A DNA stretch of 61,240 bases, from the NCBI GenBank assembly GCA_049521055.1, contig JBEKPE010000002.1:1-61240 (forward strand), written 5' to 3'. The DNA comes from Candidatus Bathyarchaeia archaeon. GTDB taxonomy: Archaea > Thermoproteota > Bathyarchaeia > 40CM-2-53-6. Shown one piece after another: positions 19,399 through 29,220 of the stretch. A program made the position numbers and the translations under genes. The notes beneath the pieces are model-generated. The model did not search any database. It was not told the DNA's origin and saw only the letters and a program-made list of their open reading frames with translations. The first letter of the stretch is position 1. Each line of letters opens with the position of its first letter.

Positions 19399-20091
19399 AT
19401 GATAATCGCCATCATTTCCGACATACACGCCAACCTAACTGCTCTTGAAGCAGTAATCGATAAACTCCCAAAACACGATGAGCTATTCTGCCTCGGCGAT
19501 ATTGTAGGATACGGGCCTCAACCAAACGAAGTAATCGCAAGACTTGTAGAACTTCAACCTTCAGTCACCCTACAAGGCAACCACGACGCCGCAGTCGTAA
19601 GTGGTGACGTGCAAGGATTCTCTGCTAACGCCGCGACAGCTGTTGAATGGACGAGACGGAAGTTGGACCATGCAAGTCGTGGCTATCTTGCCGGACTGAA
19701 ACCATACGCAAGAATACAGCGTGGGGAGCACACACTCGCACTCTATCACGGCAGTCCACATGATCCTTTGAACGAATACGTCTTCCCTGGCGTGACTGCT
19801 AGCGTCGGGCGGAGCATGATGAAGGCTGCCTCAGCAAGTATTGTCCTTCTTGGACATACTCACATGCCCATGCTTTACAGATTCGAAAATGGTGTTCTGG
19901 CAAACCCCGGGAGCGTGGGCCAACCTAGGGATGGCGACCATCGAGCAAGTTTCGCTATTCTTACCGTATCTCAAGGAGATGTTAGGTTCGAGGTTCAGAG
20001 AGTTGAGTACAACGTCGGTCTCGTGGCAGATCGGATCATTAGCAGTGGCCTTCCAAGTTTTCTAGCTGAACGATTGTACATGGGCGCGTAG
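19399..20091 (+). CDS. Metallophosphoesterase (YfcE/MJ0912-like, PPP fold)
   Basis: SDIHAN, GDIVGYGP, GNHD, HGSP, GHTH, NPGSVGQPRDGD. Confidence 0.9.
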   Translation: MIIAIISDIHANLTALEAVIDKLPKHDELFCLGDIVGYGPQPNEVIARLVELQPSVTLQGNHDAAVVSGDVQGFSANAATAVEWTRRKLDHASRGYLAGLKPYARIQRGEHTLALYHGSPHDPLNEYVFPGVTASVGRSMMKAASASIVLLGHTHMPMLYRFENGVLANPGSVGQPRDGDHRASFAILTVSQGDVRFEVQRVEYNVGLVADRIISSGLPSFLAERLYMGA

Positions 20092-20154
20092 ATGACTTCT
20101 CGACGTTAGATTATGCTGATTTGTTGAGCTATTCTTTTAAGAGACTGAAGCATC

Positions 20155-20268
20155 ATGCGCAAAATCAACAACGGGCGAGGCATGAGGCAATTGAGAGGGT
20201 GTAACTTCGGTGGTCGCATTTACGGTGACCGCTACTGGCTTGCCCACGCTAGACTCTTCCCGAACTAG
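20155..20268 (+). other. Candidate upstream ORF / leader peptide of the lysC-asd-aro operon
   Basis: Reads MRKINNGRGMRQLRGCNFGGRIYGDRYWLAHARLFPN*, with a second ATG at 20182. It overlaps a hairpin at 20210-20232 and is followed by TTTTT. Confidence 0.35.
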
Positions 20269-21565
20269 TTTTTCGCGCAGCGCGACGCTGGAAGAAGCCG
20301 AGACCAAACCGAGTGCAGTTGTCGCCTTGAAGCACGGTTCGAAGACACTAGTGGTCAAGTTTGGTGGGTCCAGCCTTCGAGACAAAGACCGATTGAACAA
20401 CGCGGCGAACCTGATCGCGAAGGAAAGCGAGAAGGGCACACGGCTAGTCGTGGTGGTATCGGCTATGGGAAAGATGACTGATCAACTCTTGAACTTGATC
20501 CGTCAAGATTCAGCAAACAGCCTCGACAAAACCGACTCAGATGACATCCTAGCGATGGGCGAGAGAACAAGTGTCAGGATCTTCGCAACCGCCCTCAAGG
20601 CTGCGGGAGTCGAAGCAAAATACTTCGACCCAGGGGAACCCAATTGGCCCATCATAACTGATGATAACTTCTCTGATGCAAATCCAATCGTTGAACTATG
20701 TTTGCAGAAGGTTCGCGAACACGTGGTTCCTCTCCTCGATTGGGGGACTGTTCCAGTGATCGCGGGGTTCGTGGGACGTTCTACAGCAGGCAAGGTTAGT
20801 ACAATTGGCCGAGGGGGAAGCGACACAACCGCTTTCATAATCGCGAAAGGAATTGGGGCGGACGAGGTCGTTCTCGTCACCGACGCAGACGGAATTCTTT
20901 CCGCAGACCCAAAACTCATCCCGGACGCCCGTAAGTTGGAAAGGATAGATGTCAGAACTCTCATTGGGCTGGCGGATTCTGGGACGAAGTTCATCCATAG
21001 AAAAGCTCTCAGGTATAAGGACCCAGATATTCCGGTTAGAGTCATAAACCATGAGAAGAATGATCTCGAGGCCGACGGGACGATTATCACCGGCGGTATC
21101 TCGAGCGAGATTGAAGTTACCTTTGAAGAAGATCGACAGATTATGGCTGTAACGATCGCCGGCAAGGGAATTTCCGAGAACCCACACATACTTACCGACG
21201 TAATCAAGGAAATACGCAAACACTCAACGCTAGACGGCCTCTCTGAAAACTTCGATTCATTAATCTTCTACGTTCCACAAACAGGATCGAACCCGGTTCT
21301 AGCCGCGGTACACAACGTCGTTATGAAATATGGCGAGGCGATGGCGTTGGCTGTCCAACCCAACTTGGCATTTCTCAAGGTGAAGGGCGTAGGCTTGGAG
21401 GATACTCCTGGGATAATTGGTAGAATTTCATCCCATCTGCTTGAGAATCGAATCAACATCTATGGGATGCTTACACTTGCTTCTAGCATCCTCGTATTTG
21501 TTGCGTGGGAGGACAAGGAGCTGGCCCTGCGCTTGATGAAACAGATTGCCAAGAGGGAATTGTGA
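20210..21565 (+). CDS. lysC: Aspartate kinase (ACT domains)
   Basis: VVKFGGSS, VVVSAMG, GERTS, GRGGSDTTA, TDADGILSADP. Start is GTG 20210 (SD GAGGGTG) or TTG 20327. Confidence 0.93.
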   Translation: MVAFTVTATGLPTLDSSRTSFSRSATLEEAETKPSAVVALKHGSKTLVVKFGGSSLRDKDRLNNAANLIAKESEKGTRLVVVVSAMGKMTDQLLNLIRQDSANSLDKTDSDDILAMGERTSVRIFATALKAAGVEAKYFDPGEPNWPIITDDNFSDANPIVELCLQKVREHVVPLLDWGTVPVIAGFVGRSTAGKVSTIGRGGSDTTAFIIAKGIGADEVVLVTDADGILSADPKLIPDARKLERIDVRTLIGLADSGTKFIHRKALRYKDPDIPVRVINHEKNDLEADGTIITGGISSEIEVTFEEDRQIMAVTIAGKGISENPHILTDVIKEIRKHSTLDGLSENFDSLIFYVPQTGSNPVLAAVHNVVMKYGEAMALAVQPNLAFLKVKGVGLEDTPGIIGRISSHLLENRINIYGMLTLASSILVFVAWEDKELALRLMKQIAKREL

Positions 21566-22596
21566 TGAAGGCCGCAATTCTCGGAGCAACAGGGCTGGTG
21601 GGACAACGTTTCATACAAATGTTGAACGATCACGAATGGTTCGAGATCGCCGCGTTAACTGGCTCCGAAAGAAGTTCGGGCGTCGAATACGGAGACGTGG
21701 TAAACTGGAGAATGGAGACACCATTGAAGAAAGAAGTTGCAGAGCTTACAGTACAGCCCTCGGAACCTAAATCGGTAGACGCAGACGTAGTTTTTTCCGC
21801 CCTACCTGCTGAACAGGCGCAAGGAATCGAAGAAGACTTCGCAAAACAAGGTTTCGCAGTAGTTAGCAACGCCTCCTCCCATAGGATGGACCCAGATGTT
21901 CCACTGATGAATCCAGAGGCCAACTTCACTCATCTCTCACTGATCGACGAACAGAGACGAAAACGAAAATGGGACGGATCGATCGTAACCAACCCCAACT
22001 GCACGACGGCAGTACTAACCCTGTCCCTCAAACCCATCTTTGACGCGTTTGGACTAAGAAATGTCGTCGTGTCCTCCATGCAGGCAACCTCCGGGGCAGG
22101 ATACCCAGGCGTGTCTTCGTTGGACATAATCGACAACGTAATCCCATTCATTAACGGAGAAGAAGAGAAAGTTCAACGAGAGACCGCGAAGATCCTAGGT
22201 CAAGTGGGACGTTCGGCTGAGTTCGTTCTGTCCGCGAGTTGTCATCGTGTGGCAGTACTTGACGGACACACCGAAGCCGTCTTCGTTCAAACCGAGAAAC
22301 CAGCGACGCCTGCACAGGTGGAGCATTGCATGGAGGTGTTCACGGCGGAGCCGCAGAAACTGAAGCTCCCGACAGCCCCGGAACGTCCCATAGTTGTGAG
22401 GTCGGAGCAAGATCGGCCTCAGCCACGTTTCGATAGAAATGAGGGGCATGGCATGTCAGTGGTAGTCGGGAGGGTTCGCAGTGACCCCGTGTTCTCAGGC
22501 GTCAAATATGTGGCCCTAGGGCACAATACGATTCGAGGAGCGGCTGGTTGCGCTCTGCTAATAGCTGAGTCAATGAAATCACAAGGATACCTCTGA
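21565..22596 (+). CDS. asd: Aspartate-semialdehyde dehydrogenase
   Basis: LGATGLVGQ, SNAS, NPNCTT, QATSGAG, GHNTIRGAAG. Confidence 0.96.
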   Translation: MKAAILGATGLVGQRFIQMLNDHEWFEIAALTGSERSSGVEYGDVVNWRMETPLKKEVAELTVQPSEPKSVDADVVFSALPAEQAQGIEEDFAKQGFAVVSNASSHRMDPDVPLMNPEANFTHLSLIDEQRRKRKWDGSIVTNPNCTTAVLTLSLKPIFDAFGLRNVVVSSMQATSGAGYPGVSSLDIIDNVIPFINGEEEKVQRETAKILGQVGRSAEFVLSASCHRVAVLDGHTEAVFVQTEKPATPAQVEHCMEVFTAEPQKLKLPTAPERPIVVRSEQDRPQPRFDRNEGHGMSVVVGRVRSDPVFSGVKYVALGHNTIRGAAGCALLIAESMKSQGYL

Positions 22597-22609
22597 GAGT
22601 GATCGAATA

Positions 22610-23398
22610 ATGGAATCCGGCAAGACCAGAAGGTTACGAAGAATCATGAGAACTGATTCCAAGAGTTTCATAATTGCCATGGACCACGGCGTCACCCTTG
22701 GCCCCGTCCGAGGATTAGAAAACATGCAGGAAACCGTAAAACGTGTAGTGAGCGGCGGAGCGGACGCCGTCTTGGTGCACAAGGGCATAGCGAAACATGT
22801 GGACACACAAGGCTCGGGATTGATAGTTCACGTCTCCGCCTCCACCAAACTCGGTGGCAAGCCCAACTTGAAAGTGGGCGTGTGCACTCTCGAAGAAGCA
22901 GTTAGACTCGGGGCCGACGCAGTTTCAGCGCACATCAACATAGGTTCGGAAGACGAGGACAAGATGCTTGAGTTTCTCGGCAGCCTCTCAGAACAGTGCG
23001 ATTCCTACGGGGTTCCCTTGCTCGCAATGATGTACCCACGCGGCCCGAACGTAAAGGACGAGAACGAATACGAAGTTGTGTCGCATGCGGCGAGGATCGG
23101 GGCGGAGCTCGGAGCCGACGTAGTCAAAACCGTTTACACAGGGGACACCAATAGTTTTCGACGAGTGGTGCAAAGCTGCCCGGTCCCCGTCGTCGTAGCT
23201 GGCGGGCCAAGAATGAAGACCGATATGGATGTTCTTGAGCTTGGTGAGAGCTCGATGAAGGCCGGGGCGGCCGGGCTTTCATTTGGAAGGAACGTCTTCC
23301 AACATGATAAACCTGAAGCAATGAGCAGAGCCCTAGCGGCGATCGTTCACGAGCATGCGAACGCAAAGGACGCTTCAAGACTGCTCGAGGGGTCTTAG
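22610..23398 (+). CDS. aroA': 2-amino-3,7-dideoxy-D-threo-hept-6-ulosonate (ADH) synthase, class I aldolase, MJ0400 type
   Basis: IAMDHG, HKG, AMMYPRG, ADVVKT, AGG, GRNVFQH. Sits directly before DHQ synthase II. Confidence 0.88.
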   Translation: MESGKTRRLRRIMRTDSKSFIIAMDHGVTLGPVRGLENMQETVKRVVSGGADAVLVHKGIAKHVDTQGSGLIVHVSASTKLGGKPNLKVGVCTLEEAVRLGADAVSAHINIGSEDEDKMLEFLGSLSEQCDSYGVPLLAMMYPRGPNVKDENEYEVVSHAARIGAELGADVVKTVYTGDTNSFRRVVQSCPVPVVVAGGPRMKTDMDVLELGESSMKAGAAGLSFGRNVFQHDKPEAMSRALAAIVHEHANAKDASRLLEGS

Positions 23399-24453
23399 TG
23401 AAAGAACTCTGGCTTCGACTAGACCCCAACATAACGCAGGCTAAGAAGAAGGAACTGCTCAAAATAGCCGAAGGACATTTCAGCGTAGCAGTGCTTTCTC
23501 CCGAAGATCTATCACTCGCAAGCGGCCTGAAACTGAAGACTGCCTCAACAGAGGAACGATCCGACATCAGACTTCTATCAACGCGGGCTGGAATCGGCAA
23601 CACAATTCCTAAGAACGCTGCTGTGGAGGTCGTCGTGAAAGATAGTTCAGACGAAGAGAAAGTTCTGCAGCTAGCAGAAGCCGGGATACGTTATGTGCTG
23701 GTGAAATGCCCTAATTGGAAGATTATCCCGCTTGAGAACCTCATCGCGAGGACTAGGAACAAAGTTAGCCTGCTCGCTGATGTGGCCAGCAAGAGCGAAG
23801 CTCAAGTTGCATTGCAGACATTAGAACTAGGAGTGGATGGCGTCGTCCTTACCGTCGCTTCGCCAAAGGATCTCGAAGGGGTAGACGAACTTGCCACACA
23901 TGACAACAATGTTTCCCTCATTGGGGGAAAGGTCGTTGATGTCCAGCAAATTGGTCCGGGGGCTAGAGTCTGTATCGATACATGCGAGCTACTGGAACCG
24001 GGGGAGGGAATGCTCGTTGGTTCACAATCGTCTGGGTTGTTTTTGGTGGAGGCCGAGGTTCATAGAAATCCGCACGTTGAGCCTAGGCCCTTTCGCGTAA
24101 ATGCAGGGCCTGTCTCCTCTTACGTTCTCGCGCCTGGGTTGAAGACTCGTTACCTTGCTGAACTGAAGGCGGGAGAAGAAATACTGATCGTAAGTCGCGC
24201 AGGAGCGACGAGAACAGGGCATGTTGGACGCGTGAAAATAGAACGCAGGCCAATGGTTCTCGTCGTAACCGAAGCCAACAGTCACACTTTCTCCATAATT
24301 CTTCAAAACGCAGAGACAGTTCGCCTAGTGTCGAACGCAGCTTCGACCCCAGTATCTGAACTAAAGGCGGGCGATGAGGTTCTGCTCAGGGTAGAGGAAG
24401 GCGGCCGGCATTTCGGCACCCTGGTAGCGGACGAAATGGTGATCGAGCGCTGA
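23398..24453 (+). CDS. aroB': 3-dehydroquinate synthase II
   Basis: WKIIPLENLIA, ARVCIDTC, GEGMLVGS, RPFRVNAG, KIERRPM, ILQNAET. Confidence 0.95.
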   Translation: MKELWLRLDPNITQAKKKELLKIAEGHFSVAVLSPEDLSLASGLKLKTASTEERSDIRLLSTRAGIGNTIPKNAAVEVVVKDSSDEEKVLQLAEAGIRYVLVKCPNWKIIPLENLIARTRNKVSLLADVASKSEAQVALQTLELGVDGVVLTVASPKDLEGVDELATHDNNVSLIGGKVVDVQQIGPGARVCIDTCELLEPGEGMLVGSQSSGLFLVEAEVHRNPHVEPRPFRVNAGPVSSYVLAPGLKTRYLAELKAGEEILIVSRAGATRTGHVGRVKIERRPMVLVVTEANSHTFSIILQNAETVRLVSNAASTPVSELKAGDEVLLRVEEGGRHFGTLVADEMVIER

Positions 24454-25112
24454 AGTGCAAAGTATGTCTGTCGGTCGCGGTAGATGACGAAGCGAATGTT
24501 ACTAAACTAGTCGAACAGATCTCTGCCAAGAAACCCGACCTCGTTGAATTTCGACTTGACAAACTACATGAACCTAGACTCCTCGAAGAGATTGTGAACG
24601 CGAAATCCTTCCCTGTCATCGCTACCGACAAATCGGATCGTGGCTCGAAAGCTACGGTGGAACTTCTATCACATGCTGCGGCTGCGGGTTTCGACTTGGT
24701 GGACATCGAACTTTCAGTCGCGTCATCCAACCCCATAGTGAAAAAACTGAAATCCCAAGGGAGTGACGTGATCGTATCGTTTCATGACTATTCACGCACG
24801 CCTTCTTCTGAAGAGTTAAGGAAGGTTTTGCAAGCCGAGAAGAATGCTGGTGGTGATGTTTGTAAGGTTGTAACCACGGCGGTCAAACCGAGCGATAACT
24901 TGGCCATTCTTGGTTTCGTGGCAGATGAATCAGCCAATACGAGGTTGGTTTCCTTCGCGATGGGAACCTATGGCATCCCATCGAGAATTCTATCGCCTTG
25001 GTTTGGTGCGGAATTCACGTTCGCAGCGATTTCGGAAGAATCGAAAACCGCCGATGGCCAATTGAGCGTAGATGCACTTCGGATGGTTTGGCAAACCCTT
25101 GGAATCCAATAA
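24450..25112 (+). CDS. aroD: 3-dehydroquinate dehydratase type I
   Basis: DLVEFRLD lies upstream of the ORF-track start. Also DLVDIEL, IVSFHDY, DVCKVV, FAMG, ADGQL. The frame is open back to CTG 24450, which overlaps the aroB' TGA, giving 220 aa. Confidence 0.9.
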   Translation: MKCKVCLSVAVDDEANVTKLVEQISAKKPDLVEFRLDKLHEPRLLEEIVNAKSFPVIATDKSDRGSKATVELLSHAAAAGFDLVDIELSVASSNPIVKKLKSQGSDVIVSFHDYSRTPSSEELRKVLQAEKNAGGDVCKVVTTAVKPSDNLAILGFVADESANTRLVSFAMGTYGIPSRILSPWFGAEFTFAAISEESKTADGQLSVDALRMVWQTLGIQ

Positions 25113-25965
25113 ACAAAACGTCTCAGGAAGAACTATCGTGTTTGCTCTCATCGGCGATCCAATTGACCACTCTATGAGCCCCACAATCCAAAACGCTGCC
25201 TTTCGATCGACCGGCCTGAAAGCGATCTACGTCCCATTTCGCGTGGAGAGTTCGGGGCTGCGGTTCGCTATTCAAGGCATGAAATTTCTTGGAGTAAGAG
25301 GGTTCAATGTCACCACTCCATACAAGACTGCGATGCTTCGGTACCTAGACGAAGTTGAAACTAAAGCAGCCGAAATTAAGTCGATAAATACTGTGAAGTC
25401 TGTTGGGGGCACCTTGACTGGATTCAACACCGACGGAGCCGGCGCACTCAACGCTCTGAAAGAAGCTGGAATCTCACCTGACGGCAAATCAATCCTACTT
25501 TTCGGAGCAGGCGGTGCAGCGCGAGCAATTGCACACACCCTAGCTGGACACCGGTGTGAGATCAATATTGTAAACCGCACAATTTCAAGAGCTCAACGGT
25601 TGGCGAGCCTATTGCGTGTGAAGTTTAGCATCGAAGCCAATTGTGTCTCCCTTTCTAGTCGATCATTGCGGAGGCAAGTAGAGAGTGCGGACGTAATCCT
25701 GAACGCATCCTCAATGGGTATGGCCGGGAACGAGAACCTCCCTGTCCACAAGAAATGGCTGCGGCCTGATCAATGTGTTTTCGACATCGTATACAGGCCC
25801 GTCAGAACCGTGTTACTTCGGAATGCCGTCCTAGCGAGGGTTCGGACGATTAATGGACTTGACATGTTAGTGAATCAAGGCGCATGCTCATTCACGATCT
25901 GGACTGGAAAGAAAGCTCCCATTTCAGAGATGCGCCGGTCAATCGCTCGGTTCATCGGAGATTGA
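25099..25965 (+). CDS. aroE: Shikimate dehydrogenase
   Basis: GDPIDHSMSP, GFNVTTPYK, NTDG, GAGGAARA, DIVYRP, GLDMLVNQG. Start taken at TTG 25099; the ORF track gives 25072. Confidence 0.94.
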   Translation: MESNKQNVSGRTIVFALIGDPIDHSMSPTIQNAAFRSTGLKAIYVPFRVESSGLRFAIQGMKFLGVRGFNVTTPYKTAMLRYLDEVETKAAEIKSINTVKSVGGTLTGFNTDGAGALNALKEAGISPDGKSILLFGAGGAARAIAHTLAGHRCEINIVNRTISRAQRLASLLRVKFSIEANCVSLSSRSLRRQVESADVILNASSMGMAGNENLPVHKKWLRPDQCVFDIVYRPVRTVLLRNAVLARVRTINGLDMLVNQGACSFTIWTGKKAPISEMRRSIARFIGD

Positions 25966-25967
25966 CC

Positions 25968-26849
25968 ATGGCTCGGGTTGCCGAAGCCGTAAGTTACGGT
26001 GCTATAACCATCGTTAACGCCATGGCGACTGGAAAGGGGGCAGCCCTAGGCACCAAACTGTGGACCCGAGCCAAAATAACTCTGACAACTCAGAGCGGAT
26101 TGATCTCAGTAAGGAACCTCACCGAACCTAAAGAGAATGGTCAGTTAGCGGAGGCAACAGTGAAGCAAGTCCTCCGTCGGTTTGGCTACACCAAACGTTT
26201 GGGAGCCATTGTGGAAACTCAATCGAACATACCGATTGCGGCGGGCCTTAAGAGCAGTAGCGCCGCCAGTAACGCTGTGGCTCTCGCATGCGTAAAGGCG
26301 CTTGGCAAAAAAACAAGCGATATCGAAGTAGTCAAACTCGGAGTTGAAGCAAGTCTGCACGCAGGAGTGACACTCACAGGCGCCTTTGATGATGCATGCG
26401 CATGTTACCTAGGCGGAGTCGTGATAACTGACAATTTGAAGCGCAGGATTCTGAAACGGTTCAAGCCGGAGGGTAGATTCCGGATTCTCATTCATGTGCC
26501 AAAACAGAAAAGATACACCCATGACGTCGACCCCGCACCTCTGAAAGAAATCAGGCCGATAGTTCGACTTGCCCACAGAGAAGCATTACGAGGTAATTAC
26601 TGGGACTCGTTGACACTCAACGGACTGGCCTACTCAAACGCATTTGGAATTGACACGGAATCTACTATGGCCGCATTGAACGCTGGTGCAGTAGCAGCCG
26701 GGTTGACAGGAAAAGGACCTGCGGTCGTTGCGATCGTGCGAGAGTCAGGCAGAGATAGTGTTCTGGATTCTTGGCGCAGACTGGGTGGTCGGATCATTGA
26801 AACCTCAATCAACCTTCAAAAAGCAAAGGCCACGAGGCTTACAGATTGA
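25968..26849 (+). CDS. aroK: Archaeal shikimate kinase (GHMP family)
   Basis: GAITIVNAMATGKGAA, PIAAGLKSSSA, TGAFDDA, GLTGKGP. Confidence 0.94.
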   Translation: MARVAEAVSYGAITIVNAMATGKGAALGTKLWTRAKITLTTQSGLISVRNLTEPKENGQLAEATVKQVLRRFGYTKRLGAIVETQSNIPIAAGLKSSSAASNAVALACVKALGKKTSDIEVVKLGVEASLHAGVTLTGAFDDACACYLGGVVITDNLKRRILKRFKPEGRFRILIHVPKQKRYTHDVDPAPLKEIRPIVRLAHREALRGNYWDSLTLNGLAYSNAFGIDTESTMAALNAGAVAAGLTGKGPAVVAIVRESGRDSVLDSWRRLGGRIIETSINLQKAKATRLTD

Positions 26850-28114
26850 ATGTCACAATCGCTCCAACTCCAGCTCTTTCAGGAGCGGTAAGAGCACCTC
26901 CTTCGAAGGCACTGACACATCGTGCACTCTTTGGAGGGCTACTATCAAACGGCTTGACAACAATACACAACCCCCTCTCATGCGACGACACGAACGCGAC
27001 GGCTAGTGCTGTTGAGTCTCTGGGGGCCAAACTAGAGAGGAAACAGGGGATCTGGGTCGTAGAGAGTATCGGCCGAGTAAGTGCTCCGCAAGAAATGATT
27101 GATTGCGGAGAGTCTGGAGTGACTCTTCGGTTTGCAATCCCCATTTCGTCGCTCGTAGAAAAGGATGTCTGGCTGAGGGGCAGCGAAACGCTCATGCGGA
27201 GACCAATTCAACCCCTAATCGACTGCATGAAGCAGCTGGGAACAGAAATCACCTCCAAGGGACCAGAGATCCACATTAAGGGAGGGCCGGCTAAAGGTGG
27301 GAGTATTCAGTTACCGGGCGACGTAAGTTCTCAGTTCATTTCAGGCCTGCTTCTCGCTGGTCCTCCCATGCGAGAAGGACTAAGAATGAAACTAATTTCA
27401 CCCTTGGAATCACGCGGGTACGTTTCAATGACAATTGAAACCATGAAACGTCACGGAGTCAGTGTCGAGACCAATGATGATATGTCATTCTATCAAGTTA
27501 TGCCAGGTCAAATCTACAAACCTACGGAACACAGTATCCCCGGCGACTATTCATCGGCCGCATTTCTCATGGCTGCTGCCGCCGTGACTAGGTCGAAAAT
27601 TCTAATCCTCGGTCTCCCGCGCGACCGCGCTGATCCTGATTCAGTCTTCTTGGAGGTTTTAGATCGTATGGGATTTACGACTCGGTTCACCTCCGATGCG
27701 TTGCACGTGGAAGGACGACCGCTTAAGGCAGTGGACGCTGACGTCACTGATTGCCCCGATCTAGGCCCGGTTATCGCAGTGCTGGGCTGTTATGCCGAAG
27801 GAGAGACGAGAATTACTGGAGCAGAAAGGTTACGCTATAAGGAGTCTGACAGGCTTTCGGCGATTAGGTCTGAGTTGAGAGTCCTTGGGGCAGAAATTGA
27901 GGAGACTGACGATGGTTTGCGTGTTTCTGGGCCGGTTTCTCTCCACGGAGGGACTGTTGATTCGCACGGTGACCATCGAATCGCTATGGCCCTTTCAATT
28001 GCGGCCCTTAACGCAAGAGGGCCAGTCCTGATCAAAAATGCGGAGTGTGTGAATAAATCGTACCCAACATATTTCCACGACATTCGAACCTTGGGAGTTG
28101 ACGTGATTGAGTGA
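26846..28114 (+). CDS. aroA: EPSP synthase
   Basis: PPSKALTHR, CGESGVTLRF, SSQFISGLL, PGDYSSA, KESDR, DHRIAM, KSYP. Confidence 0.97.
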   Translation: MNVTIAPTPALSGAVRAPPSKALTHRALFGGLLSNGLTTIHNPLSCDDTNATASAVESLGAKLERKQGIWVVESIGRVSAPQEMIDCGESGVTLRFAIPISSLVEKDVWLRGSETLMRRPIQPLIDCMKQLGTEITSKGPEIHIKGGPAKGGSIQLPGDVSSQFISGLLLAGPPMREGLRMKLISPLESRGYVSMTIETMKRHGVSVETNDDMSFYQVMPGQIYKPTEHSIPGDYSSAAFLMAAAAVTRSKILILGLPRDRADPDSVFLEVLDRMGFTTRFTSDALHVEGRPLKAVDADVTDCPDLGPVIAVLGCYAEGETRITGAERLRYKESDRLSAIRSELRVLGAEIEETDDGLRVSGPVSLHGGTVDSHGDHRIAMALSIAALNARGPVLIKNAECVNKSYPTYFHDIRTLGVDVIE

Positions 28115-29216
28115 TAGTTCGTTTGGAAAGCAGTTCCGAGTGACAATATTCGGAGAGAGCCACGGCCCGGGAGTAGCTGCTGTCGTTGATGGTTGCCCGG
28201 CCGGGCTCAAGCTTAGCCCTGAAGACGTCAACGAGGAACTCGCAAGGAGAATGCCACCCGACCCAAGCATCACATCGGCCCGACGCGAGCGAGACGAGGT
28301 CCAAATTCTTTCAGGAGTATTCGAAGGTTATACGACGGGTGCTCCGATCGCGATGCTTACGCTGAACAAGGATGTTAGGTCGCAAGATTACGATAAATTG
28401 GTGTCCATCGCTAGGCCAGGCCACGCAGATTATCCAGCGAGAATCAAGTACGGCGGGTTCAATGACCTACGGGGTGGAGGACGTGCAAGCGGAAGGCTAA
28501 CGGCTCCAATAGTCATGGCGGGCGCAATCGCGAGAAAACTTCTGAACTTGATCAGTGTGGAGGTTTTTGCACACACGGTACAGATTGGATCAATAAAACT
28601 GGATAAGCAATTACCACATGATGCAATAAAACGTAACACGTACGCGAACTCAGTTCGCTGCGCTGACCCGGATATCGCCCAGAAAATGCAAGAAGCAATT
28701 CTGAAGGCTCGGAATGAAGGCGATAGCCTCGGAGGCGTCGTCGAATGCATAGCGGACGGAGTCCCACCTGGAATTGGTGAACCCTTCTTCGACAGCCTAG
28801 ACGCCGACCTGGCAAAGATCGCGTTCAGCATTCCCGCGGTCAAGGGCTTTGAAGTAGGGTTAGGATTTGAGGCCTCGGCAGTAACGGGTTCAGTGAACAA
28901 CGATTCCTATGCCATCAAGGACGGTAGGGTGGTTACGTTGACAAACAATGCTGGCGGGATACTGGGGGGTCTGTCAAACGGAATGCCGATCGTCGTACGT
29001 ATAGGGTTTAAACCACCTTCTTCAATTCCGAAAGAACAGAATACGGTGAACCTGAAGGAGATGCGGGACACGACGGTTCAAGTTACTGGCCGGCACGACC
29101 CGTGCATAGTTCCGAAGGCCGTCCCGGTTGTCGAAACCTCAGTAGCAGTTGTCTTGGCGGACCATTGCCTTCGATCTGGAGTAATTCCACGAACCCTAGG
29201 TAAGAAAAATGTCTAA
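28107..29216 (+). CDS. aroC: Chorismate synthase
   Basis: FGESHG, RPGHADY, GGGRASGR, TNNAGGILGG, FKPPSSI, GRHDPC. Confidence 0.97.
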   Translation: MSDSSFGKQFRVTIFGESHGPGVAAVVDGCPAGLKLSPEDVNEELARRMPPDPSITSARRERDEVQILSGVFEGYTTGAPIAMLTLNKDVRSQDYDKLVSIARPGHADYPARIKYGGFNDLRGGGRASGRLTAPIVMAGAIARKLLNLISVEVFAHTVQIGSIKLDKQLPHDAIKRNTYANSVRCADPDIAQKMQEAILKARNEGDSLGGVVECIADGVPPGIGEPFFDSLDADLAKIAFSIPAVKGFEVGLGFEASAVTGSVNNDSYAIKDGRVVTLTNNAGGILGGLSNGMPIVVRIGFKPPSSIPKEQNTVNLKEMRDTTVQVTGRHDPCIVPKAVPVVETSVAVVLADHCLRSGVIPRTLGKKNV

Positions 29217-29220
29217 GAGC

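Noticed and set aside
20503-21219. Long antisense and alternate-frame ORFs in the track (for example 20503-21219, 20696-21223, 39042-39542, 23124-23603, 28430-28900)
   Set aside because: They lie wholly over well-supported genes, show no motifs and look like codon-bias shadows.
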